From Eledone cirrhosa (taxonomy: Eukaryota): DNA of 46,410 nucleotides. The DNA is taken from positions 1 to 46,410 of the forward strand of contig CAXHJY010000776.1 in NCBI GenBank assembly GCA_964016885.1, given 5' to 3'. Numbering within the stretch: the first letter of the stretch is position 1; each line of letters opens with the position of its first letter. Below the pieces are notes generated by a model. The model was not told the origin of the DNA, did not search any database, and was given only the letters and a program-made list of their open reading frames with translations. This document shows, piece after piece, positions 1 to 13,760 of the stretch. The translations under genes were made by a program, and so were the position numbers.

Positions 1-827
1 GATACAATTATTAAGGAAAAGGAAGTTTTATTCACATGATTTAACTTTTTATTGTGTGGACCTGTTACGTGTGTTTTTGCTGAGGATTGAGCTCAAGGTC
101 ACTGTATTTTTTGTTGAATCACTAGTCTGAAGAGTAGATTGATAATGGTGTCAGGTCCATAACTTCTATGGGTGACCTTAAGCCAATCCTCTGTGAAATG
201 TGCATAACAAATTAATACATAATAAAAAAACTAAATACATGTAAATGAAATTTCATCATTTTTCTTAACACACACACATATATATATATCATCATCATCG
301 TTTTTACATCCACTTCTGCATGGGTTGGATATATTCATATTTATGTACCCAGTCCACCTTGTAATGTGGTCATGTTGATGATATGACAAAAAATCTCCCA
401 GACCAACCTTTCAGTTAGTCATTTTGGTGTTATGAAGGAGAATTGGAATTTTAGCCTACATATTGTTGGTAATATTAATGATGTTCCCTGCTGTATTAGC
501 GATAAATTTTCGAGGGTTTTTCTTAGTAGTTTTCATGACGTTATTATTGTTAATTTTACTGATGTAGTATTAACTTGGATATTTACCATGCGGTATTCTA
601 ATTCTATTGTATCTCTCTCAGTTATTTACCATGCGACTCTCAGTTCCTACCTCACAAGCTAGTGACTCTCAGTTCCTACCTCATGGTATATCTTATATTA
701 TATTATTTTAATTTAGTCTATGTTATTTGATTTTAGTTTACCTTATTTTATCTTATTTTACGATTATACTATATTATGTTCTATGTATATAATTTTTAAT
801 TTTTAATTTTATATTATTTTATCTCAT

Positions 828-1294
828 TCCTTACCCTATATTTTATTTTTTATATTTTATATGTAAGTTTGTTATGTATTTCTTTGTATCTCTTTTTATA
901 TATATTATAAGTCTGTTTTTCACCTATTTTTTACCTATTTTTTACCTACTCTTACCTAATCCCATTATCTTATCTACTCTTGTCTGTTCTCTTATCCATG
1001 TGTCTACTCTTGTCTGTACTCTTATCCATGTGTATGCTTGTATGTAACTATATGTTGACAGCACCCCGCCCAACTGTGACTGATAGCACCCCTTATTTTT
1101 ATTTTTATTTTTATTTTTATTCTTATCCTCTATCGTCTATTATTACCTTTCATTCTTCAATGTCTTGGATTTGTTATTGCTTGTATGGTATGTAATTAAC
1201 CTTTATGCTCTGATGAGTCCCACTTATAGTGCGGATGAAACAATGTTAGCAAGTAAAGATATGCATATGCTATAAGCGTTCTTTGTTATTGATT

Positions 1295-1302
<8 letters not shown>
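828..1302 (+). mobile_element. Hammerhead-bearing dispersed repeat, copy 1 (putative Penelope-like pseudo-LTR or retrozyme monomer); may extend further 5'
   Basis: Near-identical to 39502-39999. T-rich, with an internal 30-bp tandem duplication (tctactcttgtctgtwctcttatccatgtg x2), a (TTTTTA)n tract and a hammerhead near the 3' end. Runs directly into a (TA)n array. Confidence 0.75.
1201..1258 (+). ncRNA. Type I hammerhead ribozyme
   Basis: Stem I CUUUA-UGCU/AGCA-(AG)-UAAAG; core CUGAUGA 1210-1216; stem II GUCC-CAC[UUAUA]GUG-(C)-GGAU; GAAA 1237-1240; short stem III AC[AAU]GU; predicted cleavage after GUU (1247/1248). Confidence 0.85.
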
Positions 1303-3172
<1,870 letters not shown>

Positions 3173-3182
3173 ATATATATCT

Positions 3183-3442
3183 AAAGTCTGTCTTAAGCCA
3201 GAAGGCTCATTTGGCCGGTGCTTATCCCAATTTCATGGCATGAAGTGACAGAGTACAAGACTCGCCCCTGAACAGGACACCAGTCCATCGCAAGGTTAAG
3301 CCCCCAGCTACTCATTTTCAGCTGAGTATACTGGAGCAACGTGATATGAAGTGTTTTTGCTCAAGAACACAACACGCAGCCCAGGAATCGAACCCACAAC
3401 ATTATGATCGTAAGTCCAACACCCTTACCACTAGGCCACGTG
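3183..3442 (-). mobile_element. tRNA-derived SINE (CORE-like plus Meta/V-type central domain)
   Basis: Minus strand: A box TGGCCTAGTGG, B box GGTTCGATTCC, then TGTGTTCTTGAGCAAAAACACTT and CCTTGCGATGGACTGGTGTCCTGTTCAGGGG. Confidence 0.8.
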
Positions 3443-3597
3443 TGTATATGTATGTATATACATATATATATATATAGAAGCTTTCACCATACTTTTTGAC
3501 TAAAGAAATTTTAGTCTGATAGTGGGGTTTAGGACCCTCTAAGAAATGGAAAAAGATGAGTATTGATGTACATGGGAGTCAAACTTACACCAACACA

Positions 3598-3638
<41 letters not shown>

Positions 3639-4357
3639 TGTGTGTATATATATGTCAAGTTGCCCTTCAGTGCTACTGGCAACATGTAACACAGTCAACC
3701 TGTGCATGGTAGGGGCCAATAATCTGGCAGCCCCACCAAGTTTGCTTGGTGAGGAGGAGGATTTTGGACATCCTGCTGGATGAAAAACCTTAATGCATTT
3801 CCCAAGGTGGATGAGCAAGTCTCACAATGTGACAAGGCAGAACCTTTGAATTAGAAATACAAAATCATCTGACAGGCTTCTACTCTGTTTCTGTCTACAA
3901 TCACTATCACTCATGAGGCTTTGGATAGCCTAAAGCTATAGTTAAGACACTTGTCCAGCATGCCATATAATGTGATTTAGCCTGGGGGTTCATGATTTAC
4001 ACCACATGTAAACAACAATCATTAAACACATTCATTTCACTTGAAATTTGATGATTTTTGTTTATAACATTCTTATGGTTTTCATAAAGCAATAAAAATA
4101 TGCAAAGGAGTGATTTTAGAGCATCTAAAAATGTATACTGATCTTATTAGGAAAAGAAGAAGCCAGACACTAATTATTTCCTAAGCAACTCAATATTTTG
4201 TAGAAGTAATTCATCAAAGTATGATGACATATGTTATCTTAAGGGTAGAATGCTTCTTGTTTTTAACCAGATTTTTTCTCTCTTTCAGTGTGGCTGTCAG
4301 TCATCCTCAACACTGAGTGCATCATGTTTGCAGATTTAATTAGATAAAACTAAACAT

Positions 4358-4695
4358 GGCCTCCAAGGGAGACGTCATTTCTGCACTGAGGTCTTTCCTT
4401 GCCAGCAGCAGTGGAAGTACCAATGGCCACCTCAAACACTTACTTGTTGTCCCCCATCAATGTTGAAGCCAGACACTACCTGTTGAGTGCAATTATGGCC
4501 CTCATTAACAGGTTCATCCACTACAATCTAGACCCTGAACCCTTATTTCCAAGGCCTGCCTAACCACTCTCAGGAAAAAAGATGATAGCATATGCCCCGT
4601 CACGGTAAGCAATATCTGTTTGAGGTTCACTTCCAAGGTCATCTGCAAGTCTGTTGTGCCTGAACTAAATGAAGAACTCTGCCCGGTCCTGCTAG
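4358..4695 (+). pseudogene. Decayed CRE-clade non-LTR retrotransposon, N-terminal part of the RT
   Basis: Frameshifted translation DVISALRSFLASSSGSTNG..EARHYLLSAIMALIN..ACLTTLRKKDDSICPVTVSNICLRFTSKV resembles the CRE consensus V..AI.SF..GS.GG.DG / GA.L.AL.KKDGGIRPIAVG..RRL.SK. Confidence 0.6.
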
Positions 4696-4716
4696 ACCCA
4701 CAAAAACTTTACCAAT

Positions 4717-5390
4717 TTGATCCTCCATAATAGTGGCTTTGAGATAAAAGTAGAATGGAATTTCCTTGCCACATCCCATGGCAAGAATGCCTTTGATGGT
4801 GCCGGTGGGACCATCAACCATTTAACAGCAAGAGCAAGCCTACAGCGACCAGTATCAGATCAAATTTTAACTCCAAAGAAGTTGTTTAAATTTGCAAGGA
4901 AAAGGATTGCTGGTATCACCATTTTGTTTATGGAGTCTAAGTCTGTCAACCAGATGTTACAGTTTCTAGAGCTTTGATATTCAACTGAGCCTAATTCAAA
5001 GACTCATGTAGAATTCATGAATTCATCTCTTGTGGTAGCAATATAACCATGAGCCTTGTTTCTGGACATTGCTCTTCTTTGCTGTTGCAAAACAATGCTA
5101 GCCTGTGTCAATTGAAGATGTCTTACTCAGGTCTTACAATGCTTGTAAGTACAATGATGATTGGTACTTTGGAATGGCAAATTATGTTTCAGTGGAACAT
5201 ATTAATGTTAAATTCCTTCATCCCAAAGACTTTGCAAGTCAATTTTTCTGGCCAAGTAATGACAACCTCTGTTGGATTCTAATTGAGAACATCATGAAAA
5301 AAGTTGACCCACCTTTCTCTGGAAGCACAGATAGAACGTATTGTTTTCTTGTGATGAAATAAAAGAAGTACAAAGTTTGATGAGACATGG
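4717..5390 (+). pseudogene. Decayed DNA-transposon transposase fragment (Sola2-like assignment tentative)
   Basis: EWNFLATSHGKNAFDGAGGTINHLTARASLQ motif, followed after frameshifts by YNACKYNDDWYFG..VKFLHPK..FFWPSNDNLCW, a pairing typical of an invertebrate transposase family. Confidence 0.6.
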
Positions 5391-7719
5391 TACCTTCTTT
5401 TTTTTTTTATCGTTTCTTGTTATTTTTTACTCATTTCTAGTGCATTTCATTGCCTTGAGCTTTGGAAGGAAAATGCACTTTGGGAAAACTACCTTCATTG
5501 ACTTGACAACCCATCAATATGCACCATGAAGAATTTCTGCTTTTCAACTCCCTGAATGTGTATCGTATTGCAGAAGTATGAAGCCTCATTTACCAATTGC
5601 ATTAATGATTTTTTTATAGTCAAGAGGTCAATTAAGATGAAAGATTTAAAATTAAATAGGAAACTTCTTGTTTCATAGAACAAGTGGCAGGCTTTGTTGG
5701 GTTGGTATCAAAAGGTTTTAAATTATTCATATTGAGCTACCTGATTGCTAAAAGAATAAGGCACACATGCAGTACATTGTCTATGATAGGATAAGGACCA
5801 CATGCACATCCTCACTTACAAATTTGTATCTGTATTTGTGTACATATAAATAGATATAGAGAAAGAAATGTTAGTGAGAAAGATAAGGAGTTACCATTTA
5901 ACACCTAAATATATTCATGCCACCAACCATTCACTAATTTTTTCTATTTATAATCCATAAAAACTAGGTTTGCATGCAGCTACGTTGAAAACTTTAGGGC
6001 ATATAGTCATTACAAAATAATGTACAACCCTCTCTCTAAAATGTTAGCTTTTCAAAGAAATTTTAGAATGTAGATGGTTTTTTTTCTTTACAATCCCTGA
6101 CTCACTAAGTTTACCTGTCTTCTCTTTTGAAGTTTCAAGTGTACATCCTGCTCTCTACTTTTGCTTCAACTTCCATAGTTGCTACACTTTTCACCCACTG
6201 CTTCATATCTCTATAACAATTCTTACTACTCAGATACATCTTCACTAGCTCCTTCCACTCATTACAAAGATCTTACAACTATCTCTGACTCATTCATATT
6301 TTCTTTTAACACATAATTCCACAGTTCTACCTAAGTCTCTGCTCCTCATATATCATATACATGCTCATTATATGCTGTATGTACTCAAACTAGACTCTCT
6401 TACCCAGCTATTTCATCTACACATTTGAATTTATTTTAAGCCTTGCTGTCACACATGAACTCTCCTGTCTTTGCAGAATGCTCTACAATATAGTCTCAAA
6501 GTTGTTCAGGCTGTAGAGTAGAAGTAATTTTGATCATTACTTTAACAATATGACTAATTCACTGGTAAGACTGGAGTTTACATATAAGCATTAAAAACAA
6601 CTGTAACCAATATATTTTCTCAAATAATATCTTAGCTGCTTTGACAAGAATTATGATTTTTTTAAACTACATGTGAAGTCAACATTTAACTTTTTAGAGT
6701 AATCAAATAAGCTTCAAAATTTAATTTTCACCACTTCTTTCACCAATACTTTAGTGTACAAAATTCAAAGACAAAACTGGTAAAACTTTATACAAAGATA
6801 GAAGCTCAATAGAAGTGTTGGGATATTTGTACTATGGAAAGTATAGGTATTGAGTTAGAAGGGGGTTAATTGACAAGGATGGTTCATGTAGGAGAGAACT
6901 AATGTTGAGGAGTGAAAATAGTTTCAGGTAGGAAGAATAAAAGGAAATACAAGTTCAAATTAGTAAGGTTATCTACGTCCATTTGCTCTCATTATCAGCT
7001 GCAAATCCTGGGGGAAGGAGACGACTGAACTCACCATCCTCACCATCATCATTCTACAGCCTGTTTTCCATTTGGATAGGTTGTTATGGACCAGGACAAT
7101 ACTGACCTCCACATTCTACAACATGATTATTGGTAGGAATGTGAATAGATAACAAGAGGTACAGGGATATGCTGCTATTCATTCCATGCACAGCATAAGT
7201 GGATAAACAGAGTCACATGGGTAAGAGATTGATGACCAGCAGTAGGTGATATAGAAGAGAGCTATAATTGACAAGTGAAAGATAACCAGTAATCTTGCAC
7301 CAACTTACCTCCTTTACAATTCACAATAACAGCCACTAATCACTACAGAATGGCTGCAATATGGTCCATTCTTATCAAGAGAACATTAGGACAGTTAAAC
7401 AATAGCCAATAACGAATTATATATATAAAAAAGATTTCTTTGATCATATAACAAAATGTTTTCAATGTACATGACCTCTGTGACCAACATAACACTAACA
7501 TGACACCAATGATGGTCACTTTAATACATGATCTCAATAAAACAATCTAATAGACTAATATATAATATTAATTATGGCATGAAAACTATGAATAATAATA
7601 TACATAAATTTATCTTTAAAATGACTATAGTGACAAAAGAAGATAAAAACACTTTAACAAATATAGCATAACCACCTTAAAGGTTAAACTGAGTATATAT
7701 ATATGTATCCGGTTTGTTA

Positions 7720-7873
7720 GAACCGATGTACCATATCCCTGCATGTTATAAGAGTTGACTTAAACGGTCGGTGTCAAGAAGGACATCTAGCTGTAAACAT
7801 TGTCTCAAAACATCCCATCCAACTTATGCCAGAATAGAAAAAGTGGATGTAAAGATGATGATGATTATGATGA
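7720..7873 (+). mobile_element. SINE 3' fragment with RTE-type (ATG)n tail
   Basis: CCATCCAACTTATGCCAGAATAGAAAAAGTGGATGTAAAGATGATGATG resembles the RTE 3' end at 36181-36235 (minus strand). Confidence 0.55.
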
Positions 7874-9514
7874 TAATTCTTAGCTTCAATGATATTAAGG
7901 GTAAAAAAATAATGAAGTTCTTTTAAATTAAATTCAGTTCCTATAAATAGTTATAGATAGAAATAAAATGTAAAAAGTTTGATGCCTAAGGAAAATTGAC
8001 GAAAAATAACAAAAAACTTATATGACTGTTGTTTCAAAGCTTGTTAATATGTTTTACGTGGGTAGTTAGCCCATGTAATAGTGTAGGCTGATTAAAAATA
8101 ACATTTCATCAGGTCTCTGATTGGAGGCTACCTTCCTCCCTCCCACCAGTTTTAGAGATCCTGTAAAGAGTCTTCCCTGACTAAACAGTAAAAAAGAAGA
8201 AAAAATAAATATTCAGTGATGTTATAGTGTAGTTTTGTTAGATAAAATCTTGGTTAAAAAGTATGAATTAACATGTAATTGGTTGTGTATTCCACAGGCA
8301 TGTGTACTCTTGATGTAATTCACAAGATGAAATAGCATGGCACAGTATGTGACAAAGCTGGACCATTGAATTACAGGTAGAATAAGATTGATGCTGTTGA
8401 TGTTTAGTTTAAATTGTTGCTGGTTGATTCCTGCAGGAAAGACATGTTTGAGAGGATTCCAAAAGAATCATGTTCTAGGGAGGTAAAACTGGGATCTCAC
8501 CTCTTCATTTTCAAAATCTATTGGAATAGATGGTCAATATATTTCATTAGAAGTATGGTAACCAATGGAATTAAGGGAATAAGTAGGTGCTGACCAACAA
8601 ATGACTAAAGGAGTAAAAAATATTACTACAACCCAACTTTATTGTGAATTATATTTCTCTTACAGCACCATTCACTATTTGACAATGTCCTCCACAGTAG
8701 TCAGCTATAGTTTTTCTCTCTCTCTTGCCAACAACCTTCAACTTCTAGCCTCACAACTAAATAAAAGTACTGCTTATTAAGCAGCAGGTAGACACATCTT
8801 TCATTTACCCTCACCTGTCCACCACACATCTTGCTACACAACTAAGTACAAACTGGAGAGTATATATCAATTACACTATAGAGGAGATGGGTGAGGAAGG
8901 AGTGAAAGGCAGAGTAAGAAAGGCATCAGGTGGGAGGTCGACTACAACTACCTGCTTACAGACATGACTAAAGGTAGAGGTATGTATGTTATTCACCTGT
9001 ATATATAATGCAAAGACAGGGGTAGTAGGAGAAGGAAGAAGTAAATATAAAGAGAGTTTACAAATAAGAAAGAGGACAAGTAGAGGAATGAGAGAAAGGG
9101 AGGAGGGAATACTGCCAAATAAGAATGAGATAGAAACAAACAACAACTATTATCAACCTAGAAAGTAAAATTGGTGGTGTGAGAGAGAGAAAGAAAGAGA
9201 AGGGGCTAGACAGATAATCAGACTGACAAAGACAGATGTGAGAGAGGAAGTGAGTAGTGAAGTCAAAGTAGGAGAAGTTTGAAATAAGGTGAAACGCTAA
9301 AGAGGCTAGTTAAATCAAAACATGACCAACTATTGAGTTAGGGTTAGTGTTAGTTTTTCTTTTGCCATTTGTGCTAGAATTGTAGATATAAAGATATGTA
9401 GCTAAAGTAACTAAGATGTGTAGCTAGGGTAACTAAGAAACTAGCTAACACTACATTACCACACCTTAACCAACAGTACTTCTTATCAACTTGGATATTC
9501 CTCAGCCTAATTAA

Positions 9515-9758
9515 CCTTTTTGTTACCAACTTGCATGGAGTCGTTAGTTCTATGATGAAAGACCAGTTTTTAAATGTTTTTAACTAAATTTCAACCTTCC
9601 ATAATACATAAATTTATGTAAGAACATTTTCTGAAGTTATGCTCCATACACCAATTTTAATAATGTGTATCAAGTTAGTTATTTTATCAATCCCTCCTAT
9701 TTAAAATAATTGAAAATCATTAGCAGTATATTTCAGTAGAAATAAGGAAATAAAAGGT
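9515..9758. mobile_element. TTAA-flanked MITE, family B
   Basis: TTAA-CCTTTTTGTTACC...GGAAATAAAAGG-T-TTAA degenerate termini; internal sequence shared with 11979-12458 and 16972-17394. Confidence 0.55.
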
Positions 9759-10059
9759 TTAAACAGCTACTTTCATATCAGTCCAGTTGGATGTGGGGAG
9801 TTAACCTCAAAACTGGACAGAGAATGCAGTTTTTTTTTTATTTACAAAGAACTTTGTAATAAATCTGTAAAGAAATGATAAATGACTTTCTTTTAGAGTA
9901 TTTAGGACAGATGAGAAGTAATAATCTATGTCAAAGTATTTAAGACAGTTGAGAAATGATAATCTATGTCAAAAGTTAAATAAATGAATAAATAGATAAC
10001 TGAATACTCTGATTCTCCATCAGCCAAGTGTCACTGATGATACACCCATGTTTAACCCA

Positions 10060-10222
10060 GTGGATTGGCAGAATCGGTAGAGCGTCGGACACCCTTTATG
10101 TGCTGAGTTCAAATCCCGCTGAGGTTAACTTTGCCTTTCATCCTTATGGGGTCGATAAAATAAAGTACCAGTAATTCACTGGGATAATTGCTGGTCTTGT
10201 GCCAAAAGTAGAAACAATTATT
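10060..10222 (+). mobile_element. tRNA-derived SINE with Nin/Deu-like domain
   Basis: A box TGGCAGAATCGG, B box GAGTTCAAATCC, GCCTTTCATCCTTATGGGGTCGATAAAATAAAGTACCAG; multiple copies in the window. Confidence 0.8.
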
Positions 10223-11978
10223 TTATATACACTATTAGATTTGATGGCCTTATGATTAAATATCTATTTTTAAATATCTGCATGCTAATTTGAAACTGGG
10301 TTCTTTGTTTCAAAATAAATTCATAAATCACACACACACACTAGATATCTGTTAGAGACAGCAACAAGTTCAATCAATCAGATTTTATCATCAGACCCTT
10401 TAGTAGATTTCTTTATAATAGTAGAGTTGTATGTTAACATTTACACTACTGCCTCCAACTCCTCACCCTGTACCAAAGGCAAGCATGGCAAGGAGACAGG
10501 TGGTAATTCTGTTTTAACAAAAATAGTGTCCACACAGTGCATAATAGTGTTTCTAATATGAAAGGCATATAGGACCTAATTGTTAATATGTTATAATAAC
10601 CTTAGAAAAGAAAAAAAGATAAAAAAAAACAGAAAGAAAAGGACAGACATAATGCCATTCCCATTAATTTTGCAACAGTCTCTCTCAACTGACAAATATA
10701 TATGAACACTAGATATAAAAATAACATACACTCATACATACAAAGACACTCGGTTTATAACAGCCTCACAGGAAGTATTTCTATGGCAACCATTCACAAC
10801 ACACTAACATTTGCAAATTTTCAGCTGCTAATTGTAACATTGTTTACCTTGATGTTGGTTTTATTTTGGTTTGTTTTTTTTCACATCAATTATCTTTCCC
10901 CATTACATTCATGACAAAATATAAGACAAAAAAAAAATGAAATATTTTTTATTACCTTAGATTAAAATAAAAAAGGTCCCTAAATAAACCTTATATCTGT
11001 ATCTATAATAGTGTGTCTATTGAAAAAATGTTATTGCAAAATATGAATATTATATATACAGGTAAGTTCATGGTGAGCTGAGCATTGGAGTGAAGTGACA
11101 CGTGAGCCAACTGACATAGACCTAAGATTTTGAGGGTTCCTACTTCAAGTTCTAGTTCATTTATTCTATTCTATTATACATAATATACACTACATGTACA
11201 TGCATGTATATACATAAATTATAAATATTTAGCATTGGTTACTAAATTGCATAATGGGGTCCATTACCAGCTTGGGAGAGGCCTACATGTTACACCTTAC
11301 CTGGGTCTATTACCAGCACACATACATATATGAACCTGAAATTTACTTAAACATCTACTACTCTGTGTGCATATTTAGTGCACATGTGTTCATGCACTTG
11401 TGTGTGTAAATATGATATTTAAAAAGCAGCCAAATACTCCAACAACAGGTCACTGAAGATTATATATATATCTTTTAGTAAAATTATTGCTTGAGGAGAT
11501 AAGGTTTCTAAGTACTCTGCTTCGAAGGAGCCACTCCTCAAATGGAAAATACTGCTTGTGTCTCCATAACCAAATCTTTTATATATCCTCCTTCATCTAT
11601 TAAAATTCTTGGCATCATATTTACATCGGATGTGCATAGACAGAACAGATCATCTATTGGCTAATGCAGTAAAATGTTAACATCCTATTAAGAATGGCAG
11701 ACACTTTTTTCATTTCCCCACTTATTAAAAACTAATAATATTCTACTTAATTATTCAACTCTTTATAAAGCAATATTCTCAAACAACAACTGAAGTTAAA
11801 GATAGAAGATATATGTGGTATTACTGTTACCTGTTCCAGCCATCCAGTTGAGGCCATGCTGGGGCAACGCCCTTAATTGTTATTATTGTTTCTGTAGTGG
11901 GCATTGTGATTTATTTTCACTGTGAACGTTGCAGTTTGGTTTCAATTTCTAATTGGAAACACTTCATTTTAGCTCAAC

Positions 11979-12458
11979 TAACTCTTTTAACATGAAACCA
12001 CCACTGGTTCTATAATGCAAAGTTGGTTTGTTTTAAAGTGCTCATATTTAAATTTACACCTTCCAATCATAATTTTATGTAAGAAACTTTTTAAAATTAT
12101 TTTAAACACCGATTTAATAATGGTTTCTTATATAGGCACAAAGCCAGCAATTTTGGGGGAGGGGAAAGTCAATTAAATTGACCCCAGTGCATGACTGGTA
12201 CTTTATTTTATCGACCCCCATAAGGATGAAAAGCAAAGTTAACATCGGCAGGATTTGAACTCAGATCATAAAAGGCCATAACTATGCGACAAAGCATGGT
12301 GTCTGACCCTCTACCGATACTGCCAATCCACCGCCCTCAACACTGACTTAATAATGAAAATATTAGTTGGTTATATTACTAAATCTCTAAAAAAAAAAAA
12401 TTATTGTACAAATTAATTGAAGATCATGTTTCATTAGAAATATAGTAACAAAGATTAA
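11979..12458. mobile_element. MITE family B copy, interrupted by a SINE
   Basis: Homologous to 9515-9758 on both sides of the SINE; ends GTAACAAAGATTAA. Confidence 0.5.
12123..12338 (-). mobile_element. Full-length Nin-domain tRNA SINE with 18-bp target-site duplication
   Basis: A/B boxes and Nin-like domain on the minus strand; flanked by AACACCGATTTAATAATG (12105-12122) and AACACTGACTTAATAATG (12339-12356). Confidence 0.85.
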
Positions 12459-13595
12459 GAAGTTTTTTGGACAACCACGAATGTCACTAATTCTCATATT
12501 TTCACCTATTAAAATATTTGGCTTTGATAGTAACAACCATTGTTATATGGGCATGGACTAATCAACTTTTGCAGATGGTAATTAATTTAAAATTAACTGC
12601 AACCTACCCCAAGTGCTATATTTTTCTCAAAATGAAATCCTTAAGAATTCAAAGGTAGAAATACATTTATTTGATTGCTCTTGTCTAATTTACTGAAAGA
12701 AGTTTTTTTTAAGCCTCTCTGAAGTTTATATTTTTTAGTATATATTCTTCAAAGATTCTGTGAAACAGCAAGGTACATTGAGTCAATATAAGCTAATCTG
12801 CAACAAAGCAATGCACAGAATGTGAAGCTATGCTGATCCGTAAAATAAATGGAGCTAAACTAGGGTGATTTCTCAAATATAAACTTTTTAGAATTTAGTC
12901 AGTAAAACAAGTACAAACAATGACAGACAGTAGAAACAAGGTCGTGAAACAAAAGTATTAGAAAATTATTTCAGGAAGCAAACAATTAAAAAGTAATCAA
13001 ACAAGTTACTAGGTTTTGTCAATTACTAAAATTAAATTATAAGGATAATACTATCTTTAAAAACAAAGAATTTAGCAGAAATAATTTTTGAGTAAACATT
13101 TCCATGAAAAAATGTTTACATATAAAAAAAAAACCCAGCAACATGGAAAAATAATCTCTATTAACATCCTTATTATTATCAATTAGTTTTATTTTTACTA
13201 CTTGCCATTGGCAGGTAATGACCCATCCAACACAGTTAAATGAGTAACTGATATTCTAAATAGTCAAAACTAACAACCCTTAAGTCCTCAAGAGGTTATG
13301 TATAGTGGCACGACAGTTGTGTGTATATTCACAGTGCATAAAAAAATGTTAGACAAGTGCTTCTACTAGGAATCTGAAGCAAGGCATGAAGTGCAGTGCT
13401 GTTATATTGAGGGTGCAGAGCTTGTTTATAACTCCATCAATCTTCTACCATCTCTGAAGCTTGAATACTTGGTGTTAGAGGCACATAGGGTTGGTTGGCA
13501 GGTTAACTGACAGTCTAATCAGTTAATTAGATACATATTAAAGAAGTAGGATTTTGTTTCTTAGTGCTTTTCCACCTTCTGTAAAGTGATAGTAT

Positions 13596-13760
13596 TAGTG
13601 CCGTGATAAAATACACCCAGCCCATTTTGGAAAATGGTAGTGCTGATATCACAATAACATGTACCCAGCCCCCTCTGTAAATCGTAGTGTTAGTGCCACA
13701 ATAAAATACACCCAGTTCACTCTGTAAAATGGTAGTGCTAGTGCCACAACATTCTGTGAA
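13596..13760 (+). repeat. ~48-bp tandem repeat (~3.3 units) within a SINE-like remnant
   Basis: Units such as TAGTGCCACAATAAAATACACCCAGTTCACTCTGTAAAATGGTAGTGC; related single units near 345 and 20535-20575. Confidence 0.7.

Noticed and set aside
62-190. Possible minus-strand exon (tttcacag acceptor at 191, GT at 61)
   Set aside because: All three frames contain stops, the peptide is not recognisable and no partner exons could be linked.
13596-13760. CRISPR-like array
   Set aside because: Contiguous degenerate tandem units without unique spacers, no cas genes, eukaryotic context.
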